From UHGV virus genome UHGV-0172637: 43,019 bases of DNA; one strand, given 5' to 3'. This document shows, piece by piece, positions 17,091 to 26,412 of this stretch. The position numbers and the translations under genes are program-made. Every line of letters starts with the position of its first letter. The first letter of the stretch is position 1. The notes under the pieces are model-generated. The model made no database searches and was not told the DNA's origin. It was given only the letters and a program-made list of their open reading frames with translations. The stretch is from a virus.

Positions 17091-17650
17091 ACAGAAGTCT
17101 CGTTTTTGTTGGGATGGCAGCTATCATCTTCATCGCGGTGCTCTGTGTGCTGCTGGCCCGCAGTAATGCCGCGTTGGCCACGTCAGAGAGCGACAACCGG
17201 GTACTGCGTAGCGACAACGCGCTACAGACGGCGGTGATAACTACTCAGGCCTTCAACTTCAACCGGTTTAACCAGATAGCAGAGAATACCAACCACCTTA
17301 ATTCGCTAATAGATGCTGGAACAGAGAAAACCATCATTGAATACCGGGAGATTTTACGACGTGAAAAAACCTGTGATTTGCCTGTTCCTGCTGATGTCGC
17401 TGGTGGGCTGCTCAACTACACGAACCGTTTACGTGCCAGTGCAATGTACTCAGATTCCGGGGACGCTGACACAGCCGGTGATAGTCCCATTGCCTCCCGC
17501 GCGCTGACGTACTGCCAAGCCGTTATGTGGATCAATCCTTTATTGTCGGCTATTGAAAAGGCGAATAATCAGTTGAGTAGCATACGGGATCTTGAACGAA
17601 ACAGAGGATTAGAGCTAAGAAAAAACGTGAGACCTAACGTGCGGTTTTAA
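17087..17650 (+). CDS. Spanin inner-membrane subunit (Rz-like)
   Basis: GTG start overlapping endolysin stop; N-terminal TM FVGMAAIIFIAVLCVLL; contains nested Rz1 in +1 frame. Confidence 0.7.
   Translation: MNRSLVFVGMAAIIFIAVLCVLLARSNAALATSESDNRVLRSDNALQTAVITTQAFNFNRFNQIAENTNHLNSLIDAGTEKTIIEYREILRREKTCDLPVPADVAGGLLNYTNRLRASAMYSDSGDADTAGDSPIASRALTYCQAVMWINPLLSAIEKANNQLSSIRDLERNRGLELRKNVRPNVRF
17361..17507 (+). CDS. Spanin outer-membrane lipoprotein subunit (Rz1-like), embedded in Rz
   Basis: 48 aa from GTG 17361; lipobox LVGC, proline-rich mature part; entirely nested in Rz reading frame +1. Confidence 0.7.
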   Translation: MKKPVICLFLLMSLVGCSTTRTVYVPVQCTQIPGTLTQPVIVPLPPAR

Positions 17651-17660
17651 CACTTTAAGA

Positions 17661-17688
17661 TTCACATTTTGTAAACTTTTGCTATATT
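17661..17688 (+). promoter_or_regulatory. Candidate sigma70 promoter for the two-gene accessory cassette
   Basis: TTCACA (17661-17666) - 16 nt - TATATT (17683-17688), about 65 nt upstream of ATG 17752. Confidence 0.4.
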
Positions 17689-17751
17689 GCAACTGATGCC
17701 AACGGTCGTTTCCCTATTAAAATAAATTGTTATCGTGTTGGCAGTTTTTTT

Positions 17752-18195
17752 ATGACTACACGGAATGATGTTATGTCAGAAGTTGCAGCGGAGCTAGCCG
17801 AGCAGACTTGGCCTGATTTTTATCCAAAAGGTGTTCCCCCAAAAACGGCTGTGGATGCCGAGGGTGAGTTTTATCGTTTGGTTAGAGCTAACCCCCCGAC
17901 TCCAAATTGTTTCCTTTCTACCCATGAAGAGTATCCGAATAGACATAAAAAATGTCGTGGAGAAGCTCTTCAGTGCGTATATGGCACATCTTTTTTTTCA
18001 GAAGAAAGAGGTGCTACAGATGCAAAGGCTAAGTTTCCAGCGGCGTTAGGTGATCGTACCGTCGCTAAAGGTAACGTAATGCCATTCATGGGGGTCATGA
18101 AAAAGACTTTTGCGGATCCTGCTCACTATACAATATGGCTTACGGTAAATTGTTCTATCCATGAGCATTTTGCTTGTTTAGGAGAAGGCGAATGA
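17752..18195 (+). CDS. Hypothetical protein A of two-gene cassette (Cys/His-rich, possible metal-binding)
   Basis: 147 aa; C68-x6-C75 and C134-x2-H-x-H-x2-C142 patterns; no recognisable enzymatic motif; stop overlaps start of next gene (ATGA). Confidence 0.55.
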   Translation: MTTRNDVMSEVAAELAEQTWPDFYPKGVPPKTAVDAEGEFYRLVRANPPTPNCFLSTHEEYPNRHKKCRGEALQCVYGTSFFSEERGATDAKAKFPAALGDRTVAKGNVMPFMGVMKKTFADPAHYTIWLTVNCSIHEHFACLGEGE

Positions 18196-19484
18196 GTAAC
18201 GTTTTTCTGCCTAATACAATGATGGGGACTCTGCGCTATAAAAGGGTGTATGAGTTTTTCGAAGAGCCTCGTTTCTTTTCAGCAGAGAATGAAGTTAGTT
18301 CATTATTTGTTGTTTATTGGATTGGTGAGGATGAGGACGCCGATAGCTGGTATGTTATCCCTGTATCGCCGACACGATTGGAGTTAATTGAAAGAAAAAG
18401 AATTGATTTGCGTTCAGTTTTAATTGATCAGGAACAGTCTTTTTTCTACGAAGTACGCGCTCCTTATGATCGGGAGGTTGCACCTACATGGAATGTTAAA
18501 GGCGTAGATGCCGTCTATGAAAATGCTTTACCAGCTCAGGGACTGTTTATTAGCTCTGTGGTTCCTGTTTTAGAAAATGGTCGAATCGGTGAAGCAATTA
18601 AGTATTCAACACATGAGATTCATTTAGAAAAAAGCTCAAAGAAAAGTGCTGGAAATTTGGTGCTAAGTCACGTTTCGAATGTGTGTGATAGCTTTAGTGC
18701 GTTATATGACAGTTTGCTGGAGTTTAGCGGTCTCAAAGACAAGCTACGTCCAGTTGATGCTCGTCCTGGTTCGTTCATCCTTTCATTCCAAGCTGAAAAG
18801 CTGAACGCCTATGAAGAGATTTTACGTGATTTGAGCGCTCTGATTGAGCGTCGTGCTGATATAGTCGATTTCATACAAAACAATGGGATAGATATCCAAG
18901 CCTTTTCTGATTTGCTTCAGTCTATTGTATCGACTGGAACAAATATGGAATTAAAAAGCAATCAGACTGGTGAGGTTATATTTCTGCTGACTAAAGCAGG
19001 AGCTGAGTTCTATCTTAGGGTAATCAGTAGGATGTCTGCACTTGCAGTTAGTGGTCATCAAATTCCGCAGGCAGATACTTTAGAAAAAGTTTTTAAAGTA
19101 GTTGAAGTCAAATGGAGTGGGGAGCCTTGTACTGTAGAGAATACAGGTTTGCAAGAAAGACACGTTTATTATTACCTACATGCTGCAAAGGTATTAGGGT
19201 TTCTGAATGCTAATGGCAATGTAACTGCGATGGGGCAAAAGTTAATTCAGTCTGGACAAGAGAACCAATATAAAATTGCTGCAAGATGCTTTGAGGTGAG
19301 CCATATTGGTTGGGCTTGGATTAACTGGTCAGAAGTTGAGAATTTATCTCAAATAGATCCAGATACAGCTGAGAAATTTTTACTTGAACAGTGCAATTCA
19401 TTAAGTAAAGACACTATAGCCAGAAGGTCGCGAACTCTTAGACATTGGGGCAAAGAGCTTAAGGAAAAATATACTCCGCTCTAA
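18192..19484 (+). CDS. Hypothetical protein B of two-gene cassette (430 aa)
   Basis: ATG 18192 preceded by GGAGAAGG RBS; visibly AT-rich; no P-loop or nuclease motif recognised. Confidence 0.6.
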   Translation: MSNVFLPNTMMGTLRYKRVYEFFEEPRFFSAENEVSSLFVVYWIGEDEDADSWYVIPVSPTRLELIERKRIDLRSVLIDQEQSFFYEVRAPYDREVAPTWNVKGVDAVYENALPAQGLFISSVVPVLENGRIGEAIKYSTHEIHLEKSSKKSAGNLVLSHVSNVCDSFSALYDSLLEFSGLKDKLRPVDARPGSFILSFQAEKLNAYEEILRDLSALIERRADIVDFIQNNGIDIQAFSDLLQSIVSTGTNMELKSNQTGEVIFLLTKAGAEFYLRVISRMSALAVSGHQIPQADTLEKVFKVVEVKWSGEPCTVENTGLQERHVYYYLHAAKVLGFLNANGNVTAMGQKLIQSGQENQYKIAARCFEVSHIGWAWINWSEVENLSQIDPDTAEKFLLEQCNSLSKDTIARRSRTLRHWGKELKEKYTPL

Positions 19485-19511
19485 TTCCAAATATACAGTA
19501 TCGCAATTCCA

Positions 19512-19536
19512 CACCCCGCTAATGCGGGGTTTTTTG
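19512..19536 (+). terminator. Rho-independent terminator ending the two-gene cassette
   Basis: CCCCGC-TAAT-GCGGGG stem-loop (19514-19529) followed by TTTTTT. Confidence 0.8.
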
Positions 19537-19559
19537 TTGATAATTACTATCATTTGTGC

Positions 19560-19640
19560 GGGTCCTCCCGGCGAGGTGGCCTGCCACGGGGCGGGAGCGG
19601 CGCGGAAAACGGCTAGTTTTTCGGATCTAAGGTCATCATC
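19560..19640 (+). other. Candidate cos site (cohesive-end region) upstream of terminase small subunit
   Basis: GC-rich ACGGGGCGGGAGCGGCGCGGAAAACGGC (19586-19613) resembles lambda cosN region ACGGGGCGGCGACCTCGCGGGTTTTCGC from memory. Confidence 0.4.
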
Positions 19641-19705
19641 ATCATTTGCGCAGGTTATTGATCTAATTAGAGGCTATTTCGCGCAGATGTCGAATCGTTT
19701 AAAAA

Positions 19706-20206
19706 GTGTTCACCATCATGGACCAGGAAATTGCCGCTTTAAAACTGAACATCAACCAACTGGCTGGGATTACTGGCGTACACCGTCAGACGGTCGCCGC
19801 CAGGCTGAAAAATATTGAACCGGCCCCAGGTAGCAACAGCAAATTAAAGCTTTACCTGATAACCGATATTCTGACCGAACTGATGATCCCCACTGTGTCA
19901 GCCAATATCGATGATATGCCGCCATCGGACAGGCTTTCCCACTGGAAAGCAGAGAATGAGAGACTCAAGTTCGAGCAGGATACGGGGCAGCTCATTCCCG
20001 CCGATGAAGTTGCGCGCGAATTCTCATTGATGGCGAAAGCCGTCGTCATGGTACTTGAAACCCTCCCTGATGTACTTGAGCGTGACTGTGCATTAACGCC
20101 TGTTGCGGTTTCTCGCGTGCAGAGCGTTATTGATGACCTACGCGATCAGATGGCGGAGAGGGTGCAGGACGTTGAAGCAGAGGAGGAAGAGCCAGAGGAG
20201 GACTGA
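19706..20206 (+). CDS. Terminase small subunit (Nu1-like)
   Basis: N-terminal HTH LNINQLAGITGVHRQTVAARLKNIEP similar to lambda Nu1 N-terminus; acidic C-terminus; start ambiguous (GTG 19706 or ATG 19718). Confidence 0.7.
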   Translation: MFTIMDQEIAALKLNINQLAGITGVHRQTVAARLKNIEPAPGSNSKLKLYLITDILTELMIPTVSANIDDMPPSDRLSHWKAENERLKFEQDTGQLIPADEVAREFSLMAKAVVMVLETLPDVLERDCALTPVAVSRVQSVIDDLRDQMAERVQDVEAEEEEPEED

Positions 20207-22308
20207 TGGCAAAGCGGGCATCCGCCAGAGGCATCCGCCGCGATGTTTCCGGTATCTTACGTGCCCCGCGTCGAATGCAGGTGGCCGATGCGGTCAGTAC
20301 TTATATGCGCGTGCCAATGGGGGCGGGTAACTCCGTTCCATGGGATCCGGATCTGGCACCTTACGTGATTGAACCGATGAACTGCCTGGCATCGCGTGAA
20401 TATGACGCGGTAGTGTTTGTTGGTCCGGCGCGAACGGGTAAAACCATTGGTCTGATTGACGGCTGGATTGTTTACAACGTTGTCTGTGATCCGGCTGATA
20501 TGCTCTTGATTCAGATGACTGAGGAAAAGGCGCGCGAGCATTCCAAAAAGCGTCTTGATCGTACATTCCGTTGCAGCCCTGAAGTGAAATCCCGACTGAG
20601 TCCGCGACGTAATGATAACAACGTATATGACCGCACGTTTCGTGCCGGTAACTATCTGAAAATAGGCTGGCCATCGGTCAATATCATGTCCTCATCGGAC
20701 TATAAGTGCGTCGCACTGACCGACTATGACCGTTTCCCGGAAGATATTGACGGGGAAGGTGACGCATTTTCCCTGGCATCAAAGCGAACAACAACGTTCA
20801 TGTCGTCAGGTATGACACTGGTTGAGAGTTCGCCGGGCCGCGATATACGTGACACAAAATGGCGCCGTAGCTCACCGCATGAAGCACCTCCCTCAACGGG
20901 GATTCTGGCGCTGTACAACCGCGGTGATCGCCGTCGCCTTTACTGGCCGTGCCCACATTGCGGTGAATATTTCCAGCCTGAAATGGACAACATGACAGGT
21001 TACCGCGATATCGCAGACCCTGTTCAGGCCAGCGAGAAAGCGAGTCTTCAATGCCCTGCCTGTAAAGATCACATCACGCCGGATATGAAGCGTTCGCTGA
21101 ATATGAAAGGCGTGTGGCTGCGCGATGGGCAAACCATCGACAGCGATGGTGTTATCACTGGAGAAGGGCGCCGCTCGCGCATTGCCTCCTTCTGGATGGA
21201 AGGACCCGCCGCCGCGTACCAGACCTGGGCGCAGCTCATCTATAAATTTCTTACTGCCGAGCAGGACTATCAGGCCACCGGCAGCGAGGAAGCACTGAAG
21301 ACGGTAATCAACACCGACTTTGGGCGTCCGTACCTTCCCCGATCCAGCATGGAGCAGCGTAAAAGTGAATTGCTTGAGCAGCGTGCGGAGGATATACCAA
21401 AGCGCTCTGTTCCGGACGGGGTTTGTTTTCTTATGGCGACCGTCGACGTTCAGGCGGGGCGCAACCGGCGTTTTGTTGTTCAGATTACTGGTTACGGCAG
21501 CATGGGAGAGCGCTGGCTGGTGGACCGCTACAACATCCGGCAGTCGATGCGCCATGACGCCAATGGTGAGAGCCAGCAGATTGACCCGGCAAGCTATCCG
21601 GAAGACTGGGATTTATTGCTGACCGATGCGTTTAACAAAGCCTGGCCATTGGCATCGGATCCGACCCGGTGTATGCGGCTGATGGCGATGGCCGTTGACT
21701 CCGGCGGTGAGGATGGTGTGACCGACAACGCTTATAAATTCTGGCGTAAGTGCCGTCGGGAGGGACTAGGAAAACAGGTTTATCTGTTCAAAGGCGACAG
21801 TGTCCGCCGATCAAAACTCATCTCCAGAACCTTTCCTGATAATACCGGACGCTCAAGCCGACGAGCACAGGCTTCTGGTGATGTCCCGCTTTACCTGCTC
21901 CAGACCGATGCTCTGAAAGACAGGGTGAACAACGCTTTGTGGCGTGATTCACCTGGCCCTGGCTATGTGCATTTCCCTGACTGGCTCGGCAGCTGGTTTT
22001 ACGATGAACTGACCTATGAGGAGCGTTCGACCGATGGTAAATGGAGTAAGCCGGGACGTGGTGCAAATGAAGCATTTGACCTGCTGGTCTACGCTGATGC
22101 GCTCGCCATCCTCCACGGCTACGAGAAAATCAAATGGCCCGCTGCTCCTGAGTGGGCGAGGCGGGAAACCTGGCTGGAGAACGCGCCGCCGGAAGCTGGC
22201 GAAGCATCATCCCAGGCACCAGAACCAGTACCCGCCAAAAAACGGAAGCGGAAAAAGCCCGTAACCGATGATGCTAACCCTTGGAGTACTTCAGGAGGAT
22301 GGTTGTGA
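20206..22308 (+). CDS. Terminase large subunit (lambda gpA-like)
   Basis: 700 aa; start overlaps TerS stop; zinc-finger-like CPHCGEYF segment and overall architecture like lambda A. Confidence 0.85.
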   Translation: MAKRASARGIRRDVSGILRAPRRMQVADAVSTYMRVPMGAGNSVPWDPDLAPYVIEPMNCLASREYDAVVFVGPARTGKTIGLIDGWIVYNVVCDPADMLLIQMTEEKAREHSKKRLDRTFRCSPEVKSRLSPRRNDNNVYDRTFRAGNYLKIGWPSVNIMSSSDYKCVALTDYDRFPEDIDGEGDAFSLASKRTTTFMSSGMTLVESSPGRDIRDTKWRRSSPHEAPPSTGILALYNRGDRRRLYWPCPHCGEYFQPEMDNMTGYRDIADPVQASEKASLQCPACKDHITPDMKRSLNMKGVWLRDGQTIDSDGVITGEGRRSRIASFWMEGPAAAYQTWAQLIYKFLTAEQDYQATGSEEALKTVINTDFGRPYLPRSSMEQRKSELLEQRAEDIPKRSVPDGVCFLMATVDVQAGRNRRFVVQITGYGSMGERWLVDRYNIRQSMRHDANGESQQIDPASYPEDWDLLLTDAFNKAWPLASDPTRCMRLMAMAVDSGGEDGVTDNAYKFWRKCRREGLGKQVYLFKGDSVRRSKLISRTFPDNTGRSSRRAQASGDVPLYLLQTDALKDRVNNALWRDSPGPGYVHFPDWLGSWFYDELTYEERSTDGKWSKPGRGANEAFDLLVYADALAILHGYEKIKWPAAPEWARRETWLENAPPEAGEASSQAPEPVPAKKRKRKKPVTDDANPWSTSGGWL

Positions 22309-22520
22309 ACCGTGTTGATATTGAAGCCATGATCCAGCGTTATACCGAAGCCGAAATGGCGGTGTTGGATGGCAAAACTATCCGTTTCAATGGGCAGGAA
22401 ATGACGATGGAGAACCTGTCGGAAATCCGTAAAGGGCGGCAGGAGTGGGAGCGTCGTCTCTCATCTCTTATTTCTCATCGCCGAGGGCGACCCGGTTACC
22501 GACTGGCGAGGTTTAAATGA
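22299..22520 (+). CDS. Head-tail joining protein (lambda gpW-like)
   Basis: ~73 aa, between terminase and portal; C-terminal RRGRPGY like lambda W; start ATG 22299 or GTG 22305. Confidence 0.6.
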   Translation: MVVNRVDIEAMIQRYTEAEMAVLDGKTIRFNGQEMTMENLSEIRKGRQEWERRLSSLISHRRGRPGYRLARFK

Positions 22521-24025
22521 GCCTTTTAGATGATGCGATTGGTGTCTTTTCGCCTGGCTGGAAAGCTGCCCGTCTGCAGGCGCGCGCGAAAATCAGGGCA
22601 TATGAAGCCGTTACCCCGACCAGAACGCACAAAGGGCGCCGTGAAAACCGTTCGGCAGATCAGCTCAGCAAAATGGGGGCTGTATCACTGCGGGAGCAGG
22701 CCCGGTGGCTCGATAACAACCATGATCTGGTGATTGGGGTGTTCGATAAGCTTGAAGAACGGGTGGTGGGTAAAGCCGGAATTATTGTTGAACCCCATCC
22801 CAAACTGATGAACGGTCAAATCGCCAAAAAGCTGGCCGATCAGATCCGTAATAAATGGGCAGAATGGTCTGTCAGGCCAGATGTCACAAACCAGTTTACC
22901 CGTCCGATGCTTGAGCGCCTGATGTTGCGTACCTGGCTGCGGGATGGCGAAGTGTTTGCCCAGCTTGTCAGTGGAACCGGGAATGGTCTTACGCCAGCAG
23001 CCGGTATTCCTTTCTGGCTTGAAGCGCTTGAACCCGATTTTATTCCCATGAACAGCGATGCTGCCAGCCAGCTTAATCAGGGAGTATTCGTCGACAACTG
23101 GGGCAGACCAAGGAAATATCAGGTTTATAAAAGCCTGCCCGTTTCGGGCCGTCAGCTTGATACCAAAGAAGTGGATGCGGAAAACATGCTGCATCTTAAA
23201 TTTGTCCGCCGTCTGCACCAGACCCGGGGCGTATCGATGCTGTCCGGCGTACTGATGCGCCTCAGCGCACTCAAAGAATATGAAGACGCCGAGCTCACCG
23301 CCGCACGTATTGCTGCTGCGCTTGGCATGTATATCAAAAAGGGGGACGGGCAAAGCTTCGAAGAGAGTAACAGTTCTTCCGATGATGATGATCGGGAAGT
23401 GATGATTCAGCCAGGCATCATTTATGACGATCTTAAGCCAGGTGAAGATATCGGCATGGTGAAATCTGACCGGCCCAATCCTAACCTTGAAACCTTCCGT
23501 AATGGGCAACTTCGCGCTGTCGCAGCAGGCAGCCGACTCAGCTTTTCAAGCACAGCCAGAAACTACAACGGCACCTACAGCGCTCAGCGGCAGGAACTGG
23601 TGGAATCAACAGACGGCTATCTCATTTTGCAGGACTGGTTTATTGGTGCGGTGACCCGGCCAATGTACCGCGCCTGGCTGAAAATGGCGGTGGCCGCTGG
23701 CGAGATTAATTTACCCCGCGGTCTGGATATGGAATCGCTGTACTCGGCAGTGTATTCCGGCCCTGTTATGCCGTGGATCGATCCGGTTAAAGAGGCCAAT
23801 GCCTGGAAGTTACAGATCCGGGGCGGAGCGGCAACGGAATCCGACTGGGTCCGCGCCAGCGGACGTAACCCGAACGATGTGAAGGCGCGCCGGAAGGCAG
23901 AGATCGACGAAAACAAAGAGATGGGGCTGGTGTTTGACACTGACCCTGCCAATGACAAAGGAGGCACAAGTGCCGAAGCCAAAGAACCGGGCGCACCACC
24001 GTCCGAAAGCCAGCGCAAAAAGTAA
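22517..24025 (+). CDS. Portal protein (lambda gpB-like)
   Basis: 502 aa, position after terminase/W; start overlaps W stop. Confidence 0.85.
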   Translation: MSLLDDAIGVFSPGWKAARLQARAKIRAYEAVTPTRTHKGRRENRSADQLSKMGAVSLREQARWLDNNHDLVIGVFDKLEERVVGKAGIIVEPHPKLMNGQIAKKLADQIRNKWAEWSVRPDVTNQFTRPMLERLMLRTWLRDGEVFAQLVSGTGNGLTPAAGIPFWLEALEPDFIPMNSDAASQLNQGVFVDNWGRPRKYQVYKSLPVSGRQLDTKEVDAENMLHLKFVRRLHQTRGVSMLSGVLMRLSALKEYEDAELTAARIAAALGMYIKKGDGQSFEESNSSSDDDDREVMIQPGIIYDDLKPGEDIGMVKSDRPNPNLETFRNGQLRAVAAGSRLSFSSTARNYNGTYSAQRQELVESTDGYLILQDWFIGAVTRPMYRAWLKMAVAAGEINLPRGLDMESLYSAVYSGPVMPWIDPVKEANAWKLQIRGGAATESDWVRASGRNPNDVKARRKAEIDENKEMGLVFDTDPANDKGGTSAEAKEPGAPPSESQRKK

Positions 24026-25994
24026 TTCCTGGTTCCGTATGCAGGCCAGCTCCGACAACGAAGCGGATATTTATATCTACGATGAGATCGGCTACTGGGG
24101 GGTGACGGCGCGCCAGTTTGTGAATGACCTGAAGGCGCTGGGCGACATTACCCATATCAACCTTCATATCAATTCGCCCGGTGGCGATGTCTTTGATGGC
24201 ATCGCCATTTTTAATGCCCTGAAGCATCACGGCGCGGCGATCACCGTTCACATTGATGGTCTGGCAGCTTCAATGGCTTCGGTGATTGCGATGGTTGGTA
24301 ACCCGGTCATTATGCCGGAAAACACGATGATGATGATCCACAAACCATGGGGGTTCGCAGGTGGTGATGCCAACGACATGCGGGATTATGCCGATCTGCT
24401 GGATAAGGTCGAGTCAGTCCTGATCCCGGCATATGCGGAGAAAACCGGGAAAACGACCGAGGAAGTGGCCGCCATGCTGGAGGATGAAACCTGGATGGAT
24501 GGTAAAGAATGCCTGGTGCATGGCTTTGCTGATCAGGTCACAACATCCCTGCAGGCGATGGCCTGTATTCAATCAAAACGTATCGAGGACTTTGAAAAGA
24601 TGCCAAACAGCATTCGTAACATGATCACCCCGCCGCGCAATACTACCCAGCGCGAACCGCAGCAACCACAACCACAGGTGGCGGCAACGACGACCCCAGC
24701 GCCAGCGTCAACTTCTGATGAAGCCACTATCCGTGCACAGGTGCTTGCCGAGCAAAAGAACCGTGTTACCGCGATTAACGATCTCTTTGCGATGTTCGGC
24801 GGCAAGCATCATGAGCTGCAGAATAAATGCATCGCGGATCCAGAATGCACCGTTGCACAGGCTAAAGATGAACTGCTGGCGGCGCTGGGCAAAAATGCAA
24901 CCCCGTCGAATAAAACCACGGATGCGCATATTTACGCCGGGAACGGTAACTTTGTTGGCGACGGAGTTCGCCAGGCACTGATGGCGCGCGCGGGCTTCGA
25001 GAGCCTGGAGCGGGACAACGTCTATAACGGCATGACGCTGCGCGAATATGCCCGTATGGCACTGACCGAACGCGGCATCGGCGTTTCCAGCTATAACCCG
25101 ATGCAAATGGTCGGCATGGCACTGACGCACAGCACGTCTGACTTCGGTAATATCCTGCTCGACGTTGCTAATAAAGCGTTGCTGCAGGGCTGGGAGGAGG
25201 CGGCAGAAACTTTTGAGCAGTGGACCAAGAAAGGCCAGTTGTCTGACTTTAAAACGGCGCATCGTGTCGGTCTGGGCGGCTTCTCATCCCTGCGTCAGGT
25301 ACGCGAAGGTGCTGAATATAAGTATGTGACCACCAAAGATAAAGGTGAAAGCATCGCGCTGGCCACCTACGGTGAAATCTTCTCTATTACCCGTCAGGCG
25401 ATCATCAACGACGATCTGAATCAGTTAACCGATGTACCTATGAAGATGGGGCGCGCGGCAAAAGGGACAATTGGCGATCTGGTGTATGCCGTTCTGACCG
25501 AAAACGCGAAATTGTCGGATGGCAAGCCGCTGTTCCATGCTGATCACGGCAATATTTCCGCAGGCGCGATTTCTGTAGCCAGCCTTGATGAAGCGCGCAA
25601 AATGATGCGCCTTCAGAAAGAGGGAGAGCGTCCCCTGAATATTCGCCCGGCATTCATGCTGGTGCCAGTCGCCCTCGAAACCCTGGCAAACCAGACGATC
25701 AAGTCAGCCAGTGTGAAAGGGGCGGATATCAACGCCGGTATCATGAACCCAATTCAGAACTTTGCTGAAGTTATCTCGGAGCCGCGTCTTGACGCCAAAG
25801 ACACCAGCGCCTGGTATCTGGCCGCCGCTAAGGGCACGGACACCATCGAAGTGGCTTACCTGAACGGCGTTGATACTCCGTATATCGACCAGCAGGAAGG
25901 CTTCACGACCGACGGCATTGCGACCAAGGTGCGCATCGATGCTGGTGTTTCCCCTCTGGATTATCGTGGCCTGGCGAAATCTACCGGGAAATAA
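23970..25994 (+). CDS. Prohead protease (ClpP-like) fused to major capsid protein
   Basis: N-terminal ClpP-family region (IYIYDEIGYW...INSPGGDVFDGIAIFNAL...ASMASVIAMVG), Pro/Gln/Thr-rich linker, C-terminal ~350 aa capsid-like region; GTG 23970 has AAGGAGG RBS (track start 23934). Confidence 0.7.
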   Translation: MPKPKNRAHHRPKASAKSNSWFRMQASSDNEADIYIYDEIGYWGVTARQFVNDLKALGDITHINLHINSPGGDVFDGIAIFNALKHHGAAITVHIDGLAASMASVIAMVGNPVIMPENTMMMIHKPWGFAGGDANDMRDYADLLDKVESVLIPAYAEKTGKTTEEVAAMLEDETWMDGKECLVHGFADQVTTSLQAMACIQSKRIEDFEKMPNSIRNMITPPRNTTQREPQQPQPQVAATTTPAPASTSDEATIRAQVLAEQKNRVTAINDLFAMFGGKHHELQNKCIADPECTVAQAKDELLAALGKNATPSNKTTDAHIYAGNGNFVGDGVRQALMARAGFESLERDNVYNGMTLREYARMALTERGIGVSSYNPMQMVGMALTHSTSDFGNILLDVANKALLQGWEEAAETFEQWTKKGQLSDFKTAHRVGLGGFSSLRQVREGAEYKYVTTKDKGESIALATYGEIFSITRQAIINDDLNQLTDVPMKMGRAAKGTIGDLVYAVLTENAKLSDGKPLFHADHGNISAGAISVASLDEARKMMRLQKEGERPLNIRPAFMLVPVALETLANQTIKSASVKGADINAGIMNPIQNFAEVISEPRLDAKDTSAWYLAAAKGTDTIEVAYLNGVDTPYIDQQEGFTTDGIATKVRIDAGVSPLDYRGLAKSTGK

Positions 25995-26020
25995 TTCCTT
26001 CCACTCAAGCAGCACATCAC

Positions 26021-26041
26021 AGCCCATCAGGGCTTTTTTTG
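26021..26041 (+). terminator. Short terminator/attenuator after capsid gene
   Basis: AGCCC-ATCA-GGGCT stem followed by TTTTTTT. Confidence 0.5.
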
Positions 26042-26085
26042 TATCTGAATTCGGCCCCAACAGGGGCTGGATGGAGACTGAATCT

Positions 26086-26412
26086 ATGGCGAAGAATTTT
26101 GTACAGCATGGCAAAACTATTGAGATTGCCAACACGGGCAGCGTTGCGATCCTGAGTGGTTCGCCGGTGATGGTGGGGAAAGTCGTGGCGATTGCCATTA
26201 CTGATATTGCGGCAGGCCAGACAGGGGACGGTTTTGCCGAAGGTGTTTTCCTGCTGCCTAAGCTGACTACCGATGCGATCACCATCGGTGAGCAGGTTTA
26301 TATCAAAGCTGGCAAAGTGCAGAACGACGCGACAGGTGCCGATTTGGCCGGGGTAGCCTGGGAAGATGCTGCTGTCAGTTCCTCAATTGTAGCCGTGAAA
26401 ATCAATGCTTAA
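26086..26412 (+). CDS. Putative head decoration / capsid cement protein
   Basis: 108 aa Gly/Ala-rich small protein directly after capsid gene; GGAG RBS. Confidence 0.4.
   Translation: MAKNFVQHGKTIEIANTGSVAILSGSPVMVGKVVAIAITDIAAGQTGDGFAEGVFLLPKLTTDAITIGEQVYIKAGKVQNDATGADLAGVAWEDAAVSSSIVAVKINA

Noticed and set aside
20893-25262. Long antisense ORFs inside the terminase (20893-21555), portal (22685-23509) and capsid (24708-25262) genes
   Set aside because: Each is contained in a well-supported structural gene on the opposite strand; typical of GC-rich coding regions.
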